This document shows, piece after piece, positions 20,059 to 28,725 of a DNA stretch of 64,000 nucleotides. Source of the DNA: Minisyncoccota bacterium (GTDB lineage: Bacteria; Patescibacteriota; Minisyncoccia; Phycocordibacterales; UBA5272). The translations under genes were made by a program, and so were the position numbers. How positions within the stretch are numbered: position 1 is the stretch's first letter; every line of letters starts with the position of its first letter. The notes under the pieces were generated by a model. That model did no database searches. It was not told where the DNA came from and saw nothing but the letters and a program-made list of their open reading frames with translations. The DNA is taken from positions 18,089 through 82,088 of the forward strand of contig JBAZJW010000003.1 of assembly GCA_041651055.1 (NCBI GenBank), in the 5' to 3' direction.

Positions 20059-21819
20059 TTACTCTTTAATTAGATTGAAGAAGGTTTGGGGGAGTAGGGA
20101 TAAGTGGGATATTATCTTGAAGTTCCTGCGTTGAGGACCGAGGATGTCGTTGTAGTCCTTGATAACTCTCTCTCTCATTGAAGCGTCTGATTGAATGTAA
20201 GCAATTCCATAGATTGAGATGCCTGAGCGGTGAGCTATCTTGGATTGCTCAATGGCTTCCTGCTTGTCTGATGCTATGCCGTCAGAAATGAAGAGGATGC
20301 GTTTTATGTTATTGGCTTTGCATCTTGTAATGGCAGTCCCAAGGGCTCGTCCAAGAGGGGTGAGTTTGTCAGCGTCAAAGCCTCCAAGCAAGGCACGGGT
20401 TTGGTCTGTGAATCGTTCTGTTCGTTCCTTTACCATGCGGATCTGATCCTTGTGTCCAAAGTATAGCATCTCGTATTTAATCTTGGTTGTGGTGAGGGCT
20501 TCACATATTATTGCTAGTGACATTATGTATTGGTTCTCGTATTGGGAGACGCTTCCTGAGTTGTCCACTAATATGTATAAGTCGGTTTTGTTTGAGATGC
20601 GTTCTTCATTGTTGAAGTATTTGTCGGAGCAGGAGATGTAGGCTTCAGGGTCGAAGTCTTCTCCTTCAGTGTCTAAGTGCTCATCCCAGCCAATGGTCCA
20701 CTTCTTGAGACGCTGCTTCATGTCAAGGGTTTCGCGTTGGACTGCTCCCTTCAATGTGTTGTATCTGCCGATGTCTGAGGAATTGGAGCGGATTATTGGT
20801 GTCTTGGCTATCTTCATCTGTTGTGTGTATTGGTCGCATAGTGATTTGAATTCTACCTTGAGTTCTTCTGTTGGGGAGGTTTCATCGGAGTCTATTTGTT
20901 GCAGGATCTTTTCGACTGCTTCAAGGCTTCCTCTTATTGATGCTTCGGATGTTTGTATCTTTTGTCCAGGAGTTGTGTTAGTATCAAGTTCTCCAGGTGC
21001 TTGGATATAGACCATGTTCAAGCCTTGGGAGTTTGGGTCGAGTTCTTGAGAGGTTGATCCATTCTCTTTCCTTTCATTGTATTGGTCTCTGAAATCGGGT
21101 TCATCTGGGAATAGTTTGGAGAACTTGAATGTGGACTCTATTGCTTGGTCTGTGGTCTCGATGTCTTGGAATTCAGGTATCAATGCTTTTAGTTGTGTTA
21201 GGAGTTCAGGTGAGAGTTTTTCATACATTGGGTTGGTGTCTCTTTCAGTGTCTTTGGATATGGAGCGGAGAGAGTCGAGGATGTAGAGTCCTGCGATTCT
21301 AACAGTTGAGAGAGAGTGCTTTAATCTTGTGTATTCCTTTGCGTTCTTCTTCAAGTAGTATTGGTCTCTGAAGCGTTGTTCTCTGTAGTAGCCTGTGTAA
21401 GTGCGAAGACTGATTTTTTCTATGCGGTAATCTTCTAAGGCATTGAATAATTGGAAGATGAATTTGTCTTTGGCGTGTTCTTTTGGCAGTATGTCAGGGT
21501 TTATGTGGGGTGTGTGCCAGATGTGGAGTGATTCATGGAAAGTCTCAAAGCGGAAGAGTCTCCATATATTGAAGTCTTGGGTTAGATCGCCTGAAAACAT
21601 TGGGAGTTGAGGAATGAGAATTGTGCCTCTGCTGTCTTTAGTAATTAGTGTGGAGAATCCTTTGTTTGTGAGTGAGGTGATTATATGAGTATTCTTGCAT
21701 TTGGACCATACACGAGCCAAATGATTCAAGTGATCTACTCTTACATCATTGGTATAAGTGGTTTGAATAGATTGCTGTTGAGACATATTATCAATGTCGT
21801 CTGGAGTTGGTTGTTTCAT
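20059..21819 (-). CDS. VWA-domain protein (CobT/NorD-like partner of a MoxR ATPase)
   Basis: FHESLH metallopeptidase-like motif, FNALEDYRIE, MIDAS ILVDNSGS, TPLGRAL, FISDG. Confidence 0.85.
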   Translation of the reverse strand: MKQPTPDDIDNMSQQQSIQTTYTNDVRVDHLNHLARVWSKCKNTHIITSLTNKGFSTLITKDSRGTILIPQLPMFSGDLTQDFNIWRLFRFETFHESLHIWHTPHINPDILPKEHAKDKFIFQLFNALEDYRIEKISLRTYTGYYREQRFRDQYYLKKNAKEYTRLKHSLSTVRIAGLYILDSLRSISKDTERDTNPMYEKLSPELLTQLKALIPEFQDIETTDQAIESTFKFSKLFPDEPDFRDQYNERKENGSTSQELDPNSQGLNMVYIQAPGELDTNTTPGQKIQTSEASIRGSLEAVEKILQQIDSDETSPTEELKVEFKSLCDQYTQQMKIAKTPIIRSNSSDIGRYNTLKGAVQRETLDMKQRLKKWTIGWDEHLDTEGEDFDPEAYISCSDKYFNNEERISNKTDLYILVDNSGSVSQYENQYIMSLAIICEALTTTKIKYEMLYFGHKDQIRMVKERTERFTDQTRALLGGFDADKLTPLGRALGTAITRCKANNIKRILFISDGIASDKQEAIEQSKIAHRSGISIYGIAYIQSDASMRERVIKDYNDILGPQRRNFKIISHLSLLPQTFFNLIKE

Positions 21820-21961
21820 AGTCTCACTCTTATTCTTTGTTTAACTGGTTTGCATTTATGCTCTTTCATCTCTCTTGGAGTTGGATTTAATAGTAATAAC
21901 CCACATGACTTACATTTCCAGTTTACTCCAATTGTTAGTTGTTTCATCTTGCTCCTAAGTG

Positions 21962-22216
21962 TTATAACTCTAAAAGTAACTTTGCATCATTATTCCATGT
22001 TCCATCTTTGTTCTCACGCCATGACATGTCTATAAACAAATTCTTCAAGTCCAGAATGTAAGCAGATTTGTAGTGATGATTTGAGAGTTCTATGGCGATG
22101 GCTTCTGCTATTCCAGCAGTTTCAGGTTGTCCTCTTCTTTGATATATGTCTCTTTTATCTTCCATTGATTTGATATAATATATCTGGGCTTCTTTGTATT
22201 CATCCATTGTAATCAC
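21962..22216 (-). CDS. Hypothetical protein
   Basis: Coupled small ORF. Confidence 0.5.
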   Translation of the reverse strand: MITMDEYKEAQIYYIKSMEDKRDIYQRRGQPETAGIAEAIAIELSNHHYKSAYILDLKNLFIDMSWRENKDGTWNNDAKLLLEL

Positions 22217-22437
22217 TCCAATTTGATCTTACCTTGTTTGTATTGATGATATAATCTGACAACCAATCCTTTGTCTCTTATAGCGATTACTTGATTGTAG
22301 GAGCGATCTATGAATTTGGAGATTAATTCTAAGACAGTGAACCATGTGAGCATTATTCCAAGTAGGGATATACAGAGACAATCCAGGAAACCAAGGATTA
22401 TCAGTGTATAGTAAATTGATTCGAGTATTGGGATCAT
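22213..22437 (-). CDS. Small membrane protein
   Basis: Hydrophobic N-terminal half; coupled. Confidence 0.5.
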   Translation of the reverse strand: MIPILESIYYTLIILGFLDCLCISLLGIMLTWFTVLELISKFIDRSYNQVIAIRDKGLVVRLYHQYKQGKIKLE

Positions 22438-22679
22438 TCTAATTTCCTCTTTACATATTCAGCTCTTGCTCTTTGTTCCAGTTCTTCTGCTTTGGAGAGA
22501 TCGAAGTTGAAGTATTCGAAGGCGGCTAGTATTTGAACTAGGGATTGAACTACTGCTTCTTCCACTTCTTTTTGTGTTGTCAGTTCATGTGAGCAGCATC
22601 CGCAGCCAGTTGATCTGGCACTGAATCCTTCTTCATCTATTTTGTTATCTTTATTAGACCAGAAACTCATTAGTCCCAT
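22434..22679 (-). CDS. Hypothetical protein
   Basis: GCGCCS motif; coupled. Confidence 0.55.
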   Translation of the reverse strand: MGLMSFWSNKDNKIDEEGFSARSTGCGCCSHELTTQKEVEEAVVQSLVQILAAFEYFNFDLSKAEELEQRARAEYVKRKLE

Positions 22680-22866
22680 TTTAGTTTTTATTTTTTATTC
22701 TCTTTGGACAATGATCTATATCGCAGAGACATAATACACCTGGGCCTTCATGTCTTGCATAGCATATTGCAGCTTCCATTGTCTCATTTTTGTTGTGTAT
22801 GATTTCTCTTGAAAGACAATCCTCATTTGAGGTGCTTATTATCCAAGTTAGTCCCATTTTGCTTGT

Positions 22867-23886
22867 TTAGATTGTAATGTCGTCCGCTTTAACTTTTTGC
22901 TCTTCATAGCAGCCAAGGGAATGTGCAAGCGTTTTAAGGTTATCCATGTGGAAGGTTCCCCATTGTCTCATAGCATTAATCAATGTAAGATCAATGGTTT
23001 CGGTCAATGAGTAGCCGCTGTTTAGTAGGTGGGCTGCTGTGATTGATTCTCTTGTGGTGGGGCGGTATGGGTATTCGTCTGTGCTTCTAATGTTCTCGAA
23101 TAGCTTCAATACCTTAAGCAAGTCATCGCGGTGTTGTGATTCTAGTGTCAGCTTTCTTTCGACTATTTTGAGTTCGGTGAAGGCTGGGGGATAGTTGTAG
23201 ACTAGGCGTGCTGAGAATCGTGAGAGTATTTGTTGGGGTAGTTCCTTTGCTCCAGGGCAGTCAAGGGGATTGATTGAGGCGGTGAAAAACCAGGAGGGTT
23301 TAGCGTGTATTGTTAGTCCTTCATAGTTGAGTTCTCGTCTGTCGTCTAGGCATTCATTTAAGCGGATTAGGACATCTGGCTCGGATTGATTGATTTCATC
23401 TAGCATTAAGATTGAGCCTTCTTCCATTGAGAGGGGGAGTGGTCCTTTTTTCCAGTTGATGTTTCCGTCCTGTAAATCCAAGCGTCCAAGTAAATGCTGT
23501 TCTCTGCAGCGTAGTGAGAGGTTTAGTGAGTGTATGTTTTGGTTGTATTTTTCTGCCATTAGTAGAATAGAGATCGTCTTGCCACAACCAGGGGGGCCAA
23601 TGAGTAGGGGGTTGATTCCTTTTTCATACAAGTGGCATAGTTTTCTGAAATTGCCTTCCCAGTCGTAGAATTTGCCTCCGCTTAGGTCTTTGAGTATCCA
23701 GATTGCTCCAGAACGTATTATGATATCCTTCTGTTTTAGTGAGTCTAGTGCAGGGTAGATGTTTTGTATGGTGAGCGGTTCTGGGAGATTTAGGGGTTTG
23801 CTCCATTCTATGAGTTCTGTGGGTGAGCCTTTCTTGTGTTGGTCCAGTATTGATACCAGTATTCCTTCTATTTGTGCTTTATCCAT
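22867..23886 (-). CDS. MoxR-family AAA+ ATPase (CbbQ/NirQ/CobS-like)
   Basis: LLIGPPGCGKT, WKKGPL, ILMLDEIN, ASINP, ILSRF, PTTRE. Confidence 0.88.
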   Translation of the reverse strand: MDKAQIEGILVSILDQHKKGSPTELIEWSKPLNLPEPLTIQNIYPALDSLKQKDIIIRSGAIWILKDLSGGKFYDWEGNFRKLCHLYEKGINPLLIGPPGCGKTISILLMAEKYNQNIHSLNLSLRCREQHLLGRLDLQDGNINWKKGPLPLSMEEGSILMLDEINQSEPDVLIRLNECLDDRRELNYEGLTIHAKPSWFFTASINPLDCPGAKELPQQILSRFSARLVYNYPPAFTELKIVERKLTLESQHRDDLLKVLKLFENIRSTDEYPYRPTTRESITAAHLLNSGYSLTETIDLTLINAMRQWGTFHMDNLKTLAHSLGCYEEQKVKADDITI

Positions 23887-23898
23887 TTTGCTTTAGCT

Positions 23899-24273
23899 TT
23901 AGAGTTGTTTTCTTTTTTCATGTATCTTTAATGATTCGCTTGGGTTTTGTTGTAGGAATGTCTTCCACTGATCGTATGTGTATGTAATTCCTTTGTAGTA
24001 TACTGATATGATTTCTCCACTTCCTTTGCATGTGAATTGGGGAAGTTCCAGGCCATCAGCTAATGTTGTGTTGTCTATTTCTAGTTCTTGTTTTAGTTGG
24101 GTTGATATTATTTCTTGTCGTAGTTCTTCGCATATTGTTTGTATGTTAGTATAGTCTGATAAGGAGATATCTATTCCTAGATACATATCTCCATAAGTTG
24201 ACATTTCATCAAGAATTAGATCCACTATTTTTGTCAGAGAATTTATATTGACTTTTATTGTTTGATTTTCCAT
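23899..24273 (-). CDS. Hypothetical protein
   Basis: Co-oriented ORF upstream of MoxR. Confidence 0.55.
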   Translation of the reverse strand: MENQTIKVNINSLTKIVDLILDEMSTYGDMYLGIDISLSDYTNIQTICEELRQEIISTQLKQELEIDNTTLADGLELPQFTCKGSGEIISVYYKGITYTYDQWKTFLQQNPSESLKIHEKRKQL

Positions 24274-24348
24274 CTTGCTTTCACTTTATTTGATGATTTC
24301 ACTTTCCTCTTTTGCTTTGGAGAATCAGAGGAATGCAATAAAAAAATT

Positions 24349-24407
24349 GGACATAGACCCCCTATCCTTTTTAGGGGAATAGGGGTGGTGTATACCTGTC
24401 TGTGTCC
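24349..24407. ncRNA. Candidate small three-way-junction RNA element
   Basis: GGACATAGAC/GTCTGTGTCC closing helix enclosing CCCCTAT/ATAGGGG and GGT-GTAT-ACC hairpins. Confidence 0.4.
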
Positions 24408-24429
24408 GTCGTAATGGGGGATTATTAAT

Positions 24430-24684
24430 TCACATCCGGTGCTTAAATAGTAAATTACGTAGTCGCTGTAATCGTGTTTTCATGTCGTGGTGTGTCGTGG
24501 GTTTAAGGGGCTTTAGGGTGCTATCTACTTTGTCTTGGGTGATTCTCCAGATACCGCAGTAGCATAGCCAGGAAGTGCCATCCCATTCCACTTCACCTGT
24601 TTTTAGCGATATGTATGTGGCTTGCTGAAGGGGGCACTTGTGGATGGGACAGTTTGGGACTTTAATAGGGGTTGATGAGATCAT
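24430..24684 (-). CDS. Small Zn-finger protein
   Basis: CPIHKC...WLCYCG. Confidence 0.55.
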   Translation of the reverse strand: MISSTPIKVPNCPIHKCPLQQATYISLKTGEVEWDGTSWLCYCGIWRITQDKVDSTLKPLKPTTHHDMKTRLQRLRNLLFKHRM

Positions 24685-24689
24685 AAGAA

Positions 24690-24887
24690 TTAGATGTGGA
24701 TTCCTGTATCGCTCATCTTCTCAAAGTCTTCTTCACTGATTGAGTTGGATTCAGTTGTGTTTAGACCTACTGGATCCTCTCCTATGTCTTCGTCAATGAT
24801 TATGTAATCAATGGGTTCAGTGCTTTCAACAGCACATACACAGCCCCCTTGGACTTGTATCACTACTTTTGGTTTTTGTGTGGTCAT
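24690..24887 (-). CDS. Hypothetical phage protein
   Basis: VVIQVQGGCV..V.S.....IIIDED pattern common in small phage proteins. Confidence 0.6.
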   Translation of the reverse strand: MTTQKPKVVIQVQGGCVCAVESTEPIDYIIIDEDIGEDPVGLNTTESNSISEEDFEKMSDTGIHI

Positions 24888-25105
24888 TTTGTTTGATTTT
24901 TTATAAGATATTCCCTGATAAGAGATCTAAGTTGTGGAACTCCAATACTGTTTAATTCTCCTGTCTTTATCCATTGTAGAAGACCAACAGTTCCATGCAT
25001 GAATGTGTGGAATGGATCAACATTATGATATACCTGATGATTTCTTTGTCTATACTCAATGATAACTCTTTGAGCTATATCTACTCTATTTTCTATGGTT
25101 GTCAT
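24884..25105 (-). CDS. Hypothetical protein
   Basis: Coupled small ORF. Confidence 0.5.
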   Translation of the reverse strand: MTTIENRVDIAQRVIIEYRQRNHQVYHNVDPFHTFMHGTVGLLQWIKTGELNSIGVPQLRSLIREYLIKNQTK

Positions 25106-25107
25106 CT

Positions 25108-25323
25108 TCAGTGTTCACTTATGTTTATGCGAGATAAGATATCTGATTCTCCATCATCTCTGCCTCTTCCATAATATGTTTGCTTAAGGTCAATGAGAAC
25201 ATCATACAATTGTTCATCAGTGGTTGCTTCTTTGATTTGTTTCAAGTAATCCTGCACTTCAAGCTCATCTTCAACACGTTGCAGCCTTACTTTCTCTTTG
25301 TGATACTCTTCAAATGTAGCCAT
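25108..25323 (-). CDS. Hypothetical protein
   Basis: Small ORF directly downstream of a tRNA-like element. Confidence 0.55.
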   Translation of the reverse strand: MATFEEYHKEKVRLQRVEDELEVQDYLKQIKEATTDEQLYDVLIDLKQTYYGRGRDDGESDILSRINISEH

Positions 25324-25340
25324 GTTAAGAAATTATAAGG

Positions 25341-25479
25341 AGGCTGGTGTGAGGAATTAGCTCACATCTGCTTCATCAGTTGTTTTAATCACTTTCGGAA
25401 GCTGTCTTACACGGATTCTTCAAGGGTGAAAGGTATGAAGGTACCATTTGCTTGAAGTTCCCCATTAGACGAACCAGCC
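25341..25479 (-). tRNA. Atypical tRNA-like RNA with a D-loop insertion and enlarged anticodon loop; isotype not assignable
   Basis: Acceptor GGCTGGT/ACCAGCC (7/7), D stem GTCT/AGAC, anticodon stem GCTTC/GAAGC, T stem GTGAG/CTCAC with a non-canonical 7-nt loop. Confidence 0.65.
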
Positions 25480-25640
25480 ATCTTTACATATTTGATTTTA
25501 ATATTAATCTACATCAATACTACTCAAAAACACCTAATTTTATCAAATTCTGAAACGGAACCATATTTACAATGCTTGCATATCCAATCGTCAATCTTAC
25601 TCATCGTTCATTCCCTCCTTTGCAATCTGTCTCTAATGTT

Positions 25641-25715
25641 TCCCCATGTTGGGAATCGAACCCACACCCCAGGGTAATATTACCTCCCCAAAGGCTCCAT
25701 TCCAGGACTAGGGGA
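25641..25715 (-). tRNA. Degenerate tRNA-like element (75 nt)
   Basis: TCCCC/GGGGA acceptor and TGGG-TTCGATT-CCCA T-arm; no canonical anticodon arm. Confidence 0.5.
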
Positions 25716-26056
25716 TTTCGATCCATTTATGCTAGCTCGGCTTTGGCTTCCATTATATCTCGTTCTTCTATCTTTTTGCCTAGCAATTCCTTCGCTTTTT
25801 TAATTGCCTCTTGCTCGCTCTCTGCCTCAACCGTAGGGCAGACCGTTATATAAACATTGTAGTCCATTTTGAATCTTATTAAGTGTTATATCCGCAGTCA
25901 TAGCATACAAGATCTTTATATTCTCCTTCCATAGTACATACATCGGTGTTCTGAGAACCGCATCTAGGGCATTTATCGCCCTTCCTTTGCTTCTGCTCAG
26001 CCGTTGAATCTGGATAGGTTTTATAACAATGCTTTTTGTTCATCATTCATCCCCTC

Positions 26057-26263
26057 CTAATGGTTTATTGCTTGGGTTAGGTCTTGTTCTGAAATTATAT
26101 TTCCTTTATCATCGCTAACTACAAGAAAAACCGCTTTTATCGTTTTAAGATACTCACAGGTTAAAGTTCCTTCTACACAGAACTTATACCAAAACTCAGC
26201 CTCAGTTGCCTTCAACATTGATATTTTCCCATCTTTATAATTAATTCTCAGTTTTACAGTCAT
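26057..26263 (-). CDS. Hypothetical protein (linker-array gene)
   Basis: Starts at a linker ATG with AGGAGG RBS. Confidence 0.65.
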   Translation of the reverse strand: MTVKLRINYKDGKISMLKATEAEFWYKFCVEGTLTCEYLKTIKAVFLVVSDDKGNIISEQDLTQAINH

Positions 26264-26266
26264 CGT

Positions 26267-26635
26267 TCATTCCCTCCTTTTAATCTCTGTCTCTTTCGAT
26301 TTTTCTTCTATTGGCTTATAATCCGGGCAATCCGACATCTCGCCATAACAATAGAAAAAGCATTGTTCTTGTATTTCACTACTTGGATTATGACACCAAT
26401 CGCCATGTAAAAACTTGCAGTCGGGACAGATACATGCAAGAGTGCCCTTTTCAATAACTCCCACCCCCTTCAAACGAGCAATCTCCTGGTCCTTCTCTTT
26501 GTGGTCTGGAAAGTAATGGTCCTCAACGCAGGACATACAACAAAAAACATACTCGTCCCCATCCGCTTCTATCACTCTGATTGCATCAAAAGAGCTAAAC
26601 ACGCCCTTGCAAGCCTCACAACCAAGTTTAGTCAT
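26267..26635 (-). CDS. Cys-rich protein (TRASH-like CxxC...FCCxxC plus second Cys cluster)
   Basis: Starts at one linker ATG and ends RRE-stop inside the next linker. Confidence 0.65.
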   Translation of the reverse strand: MTKLGCEACKGVFSSFDAIRVIEADGDEYVFCCMSCVEDHYFPDHKEKDQEIARLKGVGVIEKGTLACICPDCKFLHGDWCHNPSSEIQEQCFFYCYGEMSDCPDYKPIEEKSKETEIKRRE

Positions 26636-26638
26636 CGT

Positions 26639-26845
26639 TCATTCCCTCCTTTTTTCTCTGTCTCTTTCGATTATTTTTTTTGTTTTGTCAAGGAAAACCT
26701 CGAGAGCCGCATCCTTGACCTTCTGGTACTCAGCCAATGCCGGAGCCTCGACCTTCTGGTACTCAGCCCAGAAAACTAATACCTCTTTCTCGTTCCTCTT
26801 GATCGCATTAAGATTTTCCTTAGAAAAAACCATATTATAGCTCAT
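26639..26845 (-). CDS. Hypothetical protein with AEYQKV repeat
   Basis: Runs linker to linker; ends RRE-stop. Confidence 0.65.
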   Translation of the reverse strand: MSYNMVFSKENLNAIKRNEKEVLVFWAEYQKVEAPALAEYQKVKDAALEVFLDKTKKIIERDREKRRE

Positions 26846-26848
26846 CGT

Positions 26849-27025
26849 TCATTCCCTCCTTTTAACTGTTTCTAATGATTTATTCTCGTAGCCCTGCGCA
26901 CGTTTCAGAATGGCTTTATATTCCTTGTCTGTATACTGCCGTCCGCATCTGGGGCATTCTCCGATCCGGGGGTCGAAGTCGCTTTCTTCAAGCAAAACCT
27001 TACACCTTGTGCAATATGCGTCCAT
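26849..27025 (-). CDS. 58-aa zinc-ribbon protein (not in ORF track)
   Basis: MDAYCTRC...ECPRCG...ETVKRRE-stop; TAATG-coupled to the upstream gene and ends in a linker. Confidence 0.65.
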   Translation of the reverse strand: MDAYCTRCKVLLEESDFDPRIGECPRCGRQYTDKEYKAILKRAQGYENKSLETVKRRE

Positions 27026-27351
27026 TATCCTTTATGACCCTCTGTCTCTTTCGATTCTTTCCATTTTAACCCGGCACAGCTAATAATGTCCTTTGCCTGA
27101 ATCAAGTCATGATATAGCCGTGCGTTCTCGGCTTTCAGTTCCGCTATTTCTCCCTTCATCCTTGCAGCTTCAATATAACATGAATCCGCTTTAAGGCTCA
27201 TAATCTCCTGGTCCTTCTTCTTTAGTTCATTTAGAAGGCGTAAACAATCTTTATGGTCCAGTTCTAGTCCTCGGTGATTTAGCGTTCCCTCATAAAGTAA
27301 TTGCTTCCACTCATCCCAATTCTGAGAATTCAAAACTTGTGTTTTGTCCAT
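27025..27351 (-). CDS. Hypothetical coiled-coil protein
   Basis: KKKDQEIMSLK resembles KEKDQEIARLK in 26267..26635. Confidence 0.6.
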   Translation of the reverse strand: MDKTQVLNSQNWDEWKQLLYEGTLNHRGLELDHKDCLRLLNELKKKDQEIMSLKADSCYIEAARMKGEIAELKAENARLYHDLIQAKDIISCAGLKWKESKETEGHKG

Positions 27352-27352
27352 G

Positions 27353-27559
27353 TTACTGTTTACCCTCTGTCTCTTTGGGATGGTATTTTCCTGAAACTTC
27401 TATATCCTCTCCTGATAGTCCGTTTGAATCTATCTCAATCTTATAGCGGGCAATTCTTCCAGAGTATAGTTCCATCGTTCCTGAAATTTCGGTCGCCCCA
27501 TCTCGTAGCATTTCCATCACCGCTTCCCCAATCTTGCCCGTCGTGCTAATTGCGCTCAT
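27353..27559 (-). CDS. Hypothetical protein (linker-array gene)
   Basis: Starts at a linker ATG. Confidence 0.6.
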   Translation of the reverse strand: MSAISTTGKIGEAVMEMLRDGATEISGTMELYSGRIARYKIEIDSNGLSGEDIEVSGKYHPKETEGKQ

Positions 27560-27827
27560 CGTTCATTCCCTCCTTGAACAAGCGATCAAACGAATATTAA
27601 AAAACTTACAAAAAGAAGGGAAGGTAGATGTAATAGAAGATAAAAGCCATGTCGTATTACTTAGAAAATAGGACTCAATTATATGTAAAAAGAAAAATAA
27701 TCACCAGTTAATCGCTTTAAGTTTCGCTGTTTTCTGGGGTTTTTTATACTTGGCGTAAAAGTCTTCCCCAACTTGTTTCAACTTACCTAAAACCTCCTTC
27801 TCTCTTTCTTTCACCTTTAGGGGAGCA

Positions 27828-28091
27828 TCATATCTTTTCATTTTTCAATACATCATTCAAAAGTTCTTTTCTTATCTTGCTATGCCTAGCGTTTTCTTCT
27901 TCATATTTTTTATGGATTTTTTCCATTAGCTCAGATTCATCATAATGTCTTCCTGTCTCTTTTGACAAGCATTCAAATAAAAGCAAATCAGAAAGAGATT
28001 TGTCATGATTGCATATGGAACATCTGTATTCAAAGGGATTAACTCTTATGCTTTCTGTATCAGTGTTGCAGATGGAGCAAGGGGTTTTCAT
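27828..28091 (-). CDS. Zinc-ribbon protein
   Basis: CSIC...CSIC. Confidence 0.6.
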   Translation of the reverse strand: MKTPCSICNTDTESIRVNPFEYRCSICNHDKSLSDLLLFECLSKETGRHYDESELMEKIHKKYEEENARHSKIRKELLNDVLKNEKI

Positions 28092-28321
28092 TCTACAGTA
28101 TCTATTGAAGTTATTTCAACTCCACTGAATTCACGCTCACCATCTTCAATTCTGTTTTCATTTGATATGTCTTTGATGTTCTTTATAACAATATCAAAGG
28201 TGATAGTAGAATCGTCATATAAGTCATCAACTGAATTCCATATAGCATCCATTATCTCTTGAGGATATTGGTCCTTTAGTGAGTCCATAAATGCCTTTAA
28301 CTTAATTGTTGTCTCTTTCAT
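28088..28321 (-). CDS. Hypothetical protein
   Basis: ATGA-coupled. Confidence 0.55.
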   Translation of the reverse strand: MKETTIKLKAFMDSLKDQYPQEIMDAIWNSVDDLYDDSTITFDIVIKNIKDISNENRIEDGEREFSGVEITSIDTVE

Positions 28322-28725
28322 TGTATATGAGATTGTTCTAAATATTTATGCTCACCATACTCATTCACTTCATCAGTCCTAATGAATTTAAAATAATCAA
28401 CTGGTTTTAATGATGCAAGAATTGGAGCTTCTTCTACTGTCAAACTTAGTTTCCTACTTTTAGGTATTAAAATATAATCTCTAGTAGAATCCAAATATAA
28501 GTAAATTGATAGAGTACAGCCATAACTTTTTTCTTGTTCAAGCTCATCTATTTTCTTACGAATACTTAGAAGATTCTCACTCCAATTTGATACTGAGTCA
28601 AACCACAATATCTTTTGATCTTCACTTAGTTTTAAGTCATCTTTATATTCCTTTTTCAGAATATCTATTTTATTGATTATCAATCGTCTTCTTATAATAT
28701 ATGGATTTGAACTGTCTCCTTTCAT
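28318..28725 (-). CDS. Hypothetical protein
   Basis: ATGA-coupled. Confidence 0.55.
   Translation of the reverse strand: MKGDSSNPYIIRRRLIINKIDILKKEYKDDLKLSEDQKILWFDSVSNWSENLLSIRKKIDELEQEKSYGCTLSIYLYLDSTRDYILIPKSRKLSLTVEEAPILASLKPVDYFKFIRTDEVNEYGEHKYLEQSHIQ

Larger units (their letters stand above)
25602..27575 (-). repeat. Mini-gene array joined by an identical 19-nt linker AAGGAGGGAATGAACGATG
   Basis: Exact copies (as CATCGTTCATTCCCTCCTT on +) at 25602, 26261, 26633, 26843 and 27557; variant at 26041. Confidence 0.85.

Noticed and set aside
25368-25402. Hammerhead ribozyme (CGAAA...CTGATGA on the minus strand)
   Set aside because: Only 13 nt separate the motifs, too few for stems I and III, and the stem II register is wrong; the cloverleaf explains the pairing better.
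25602-27575. CRISPR array interpretation of the 19-nt repeats
   Set aside because: Spacing is irregular (about 210-710 bp) and the spacers are ORFs; the Cas4-like gene is a stand-alone viral nuclease.
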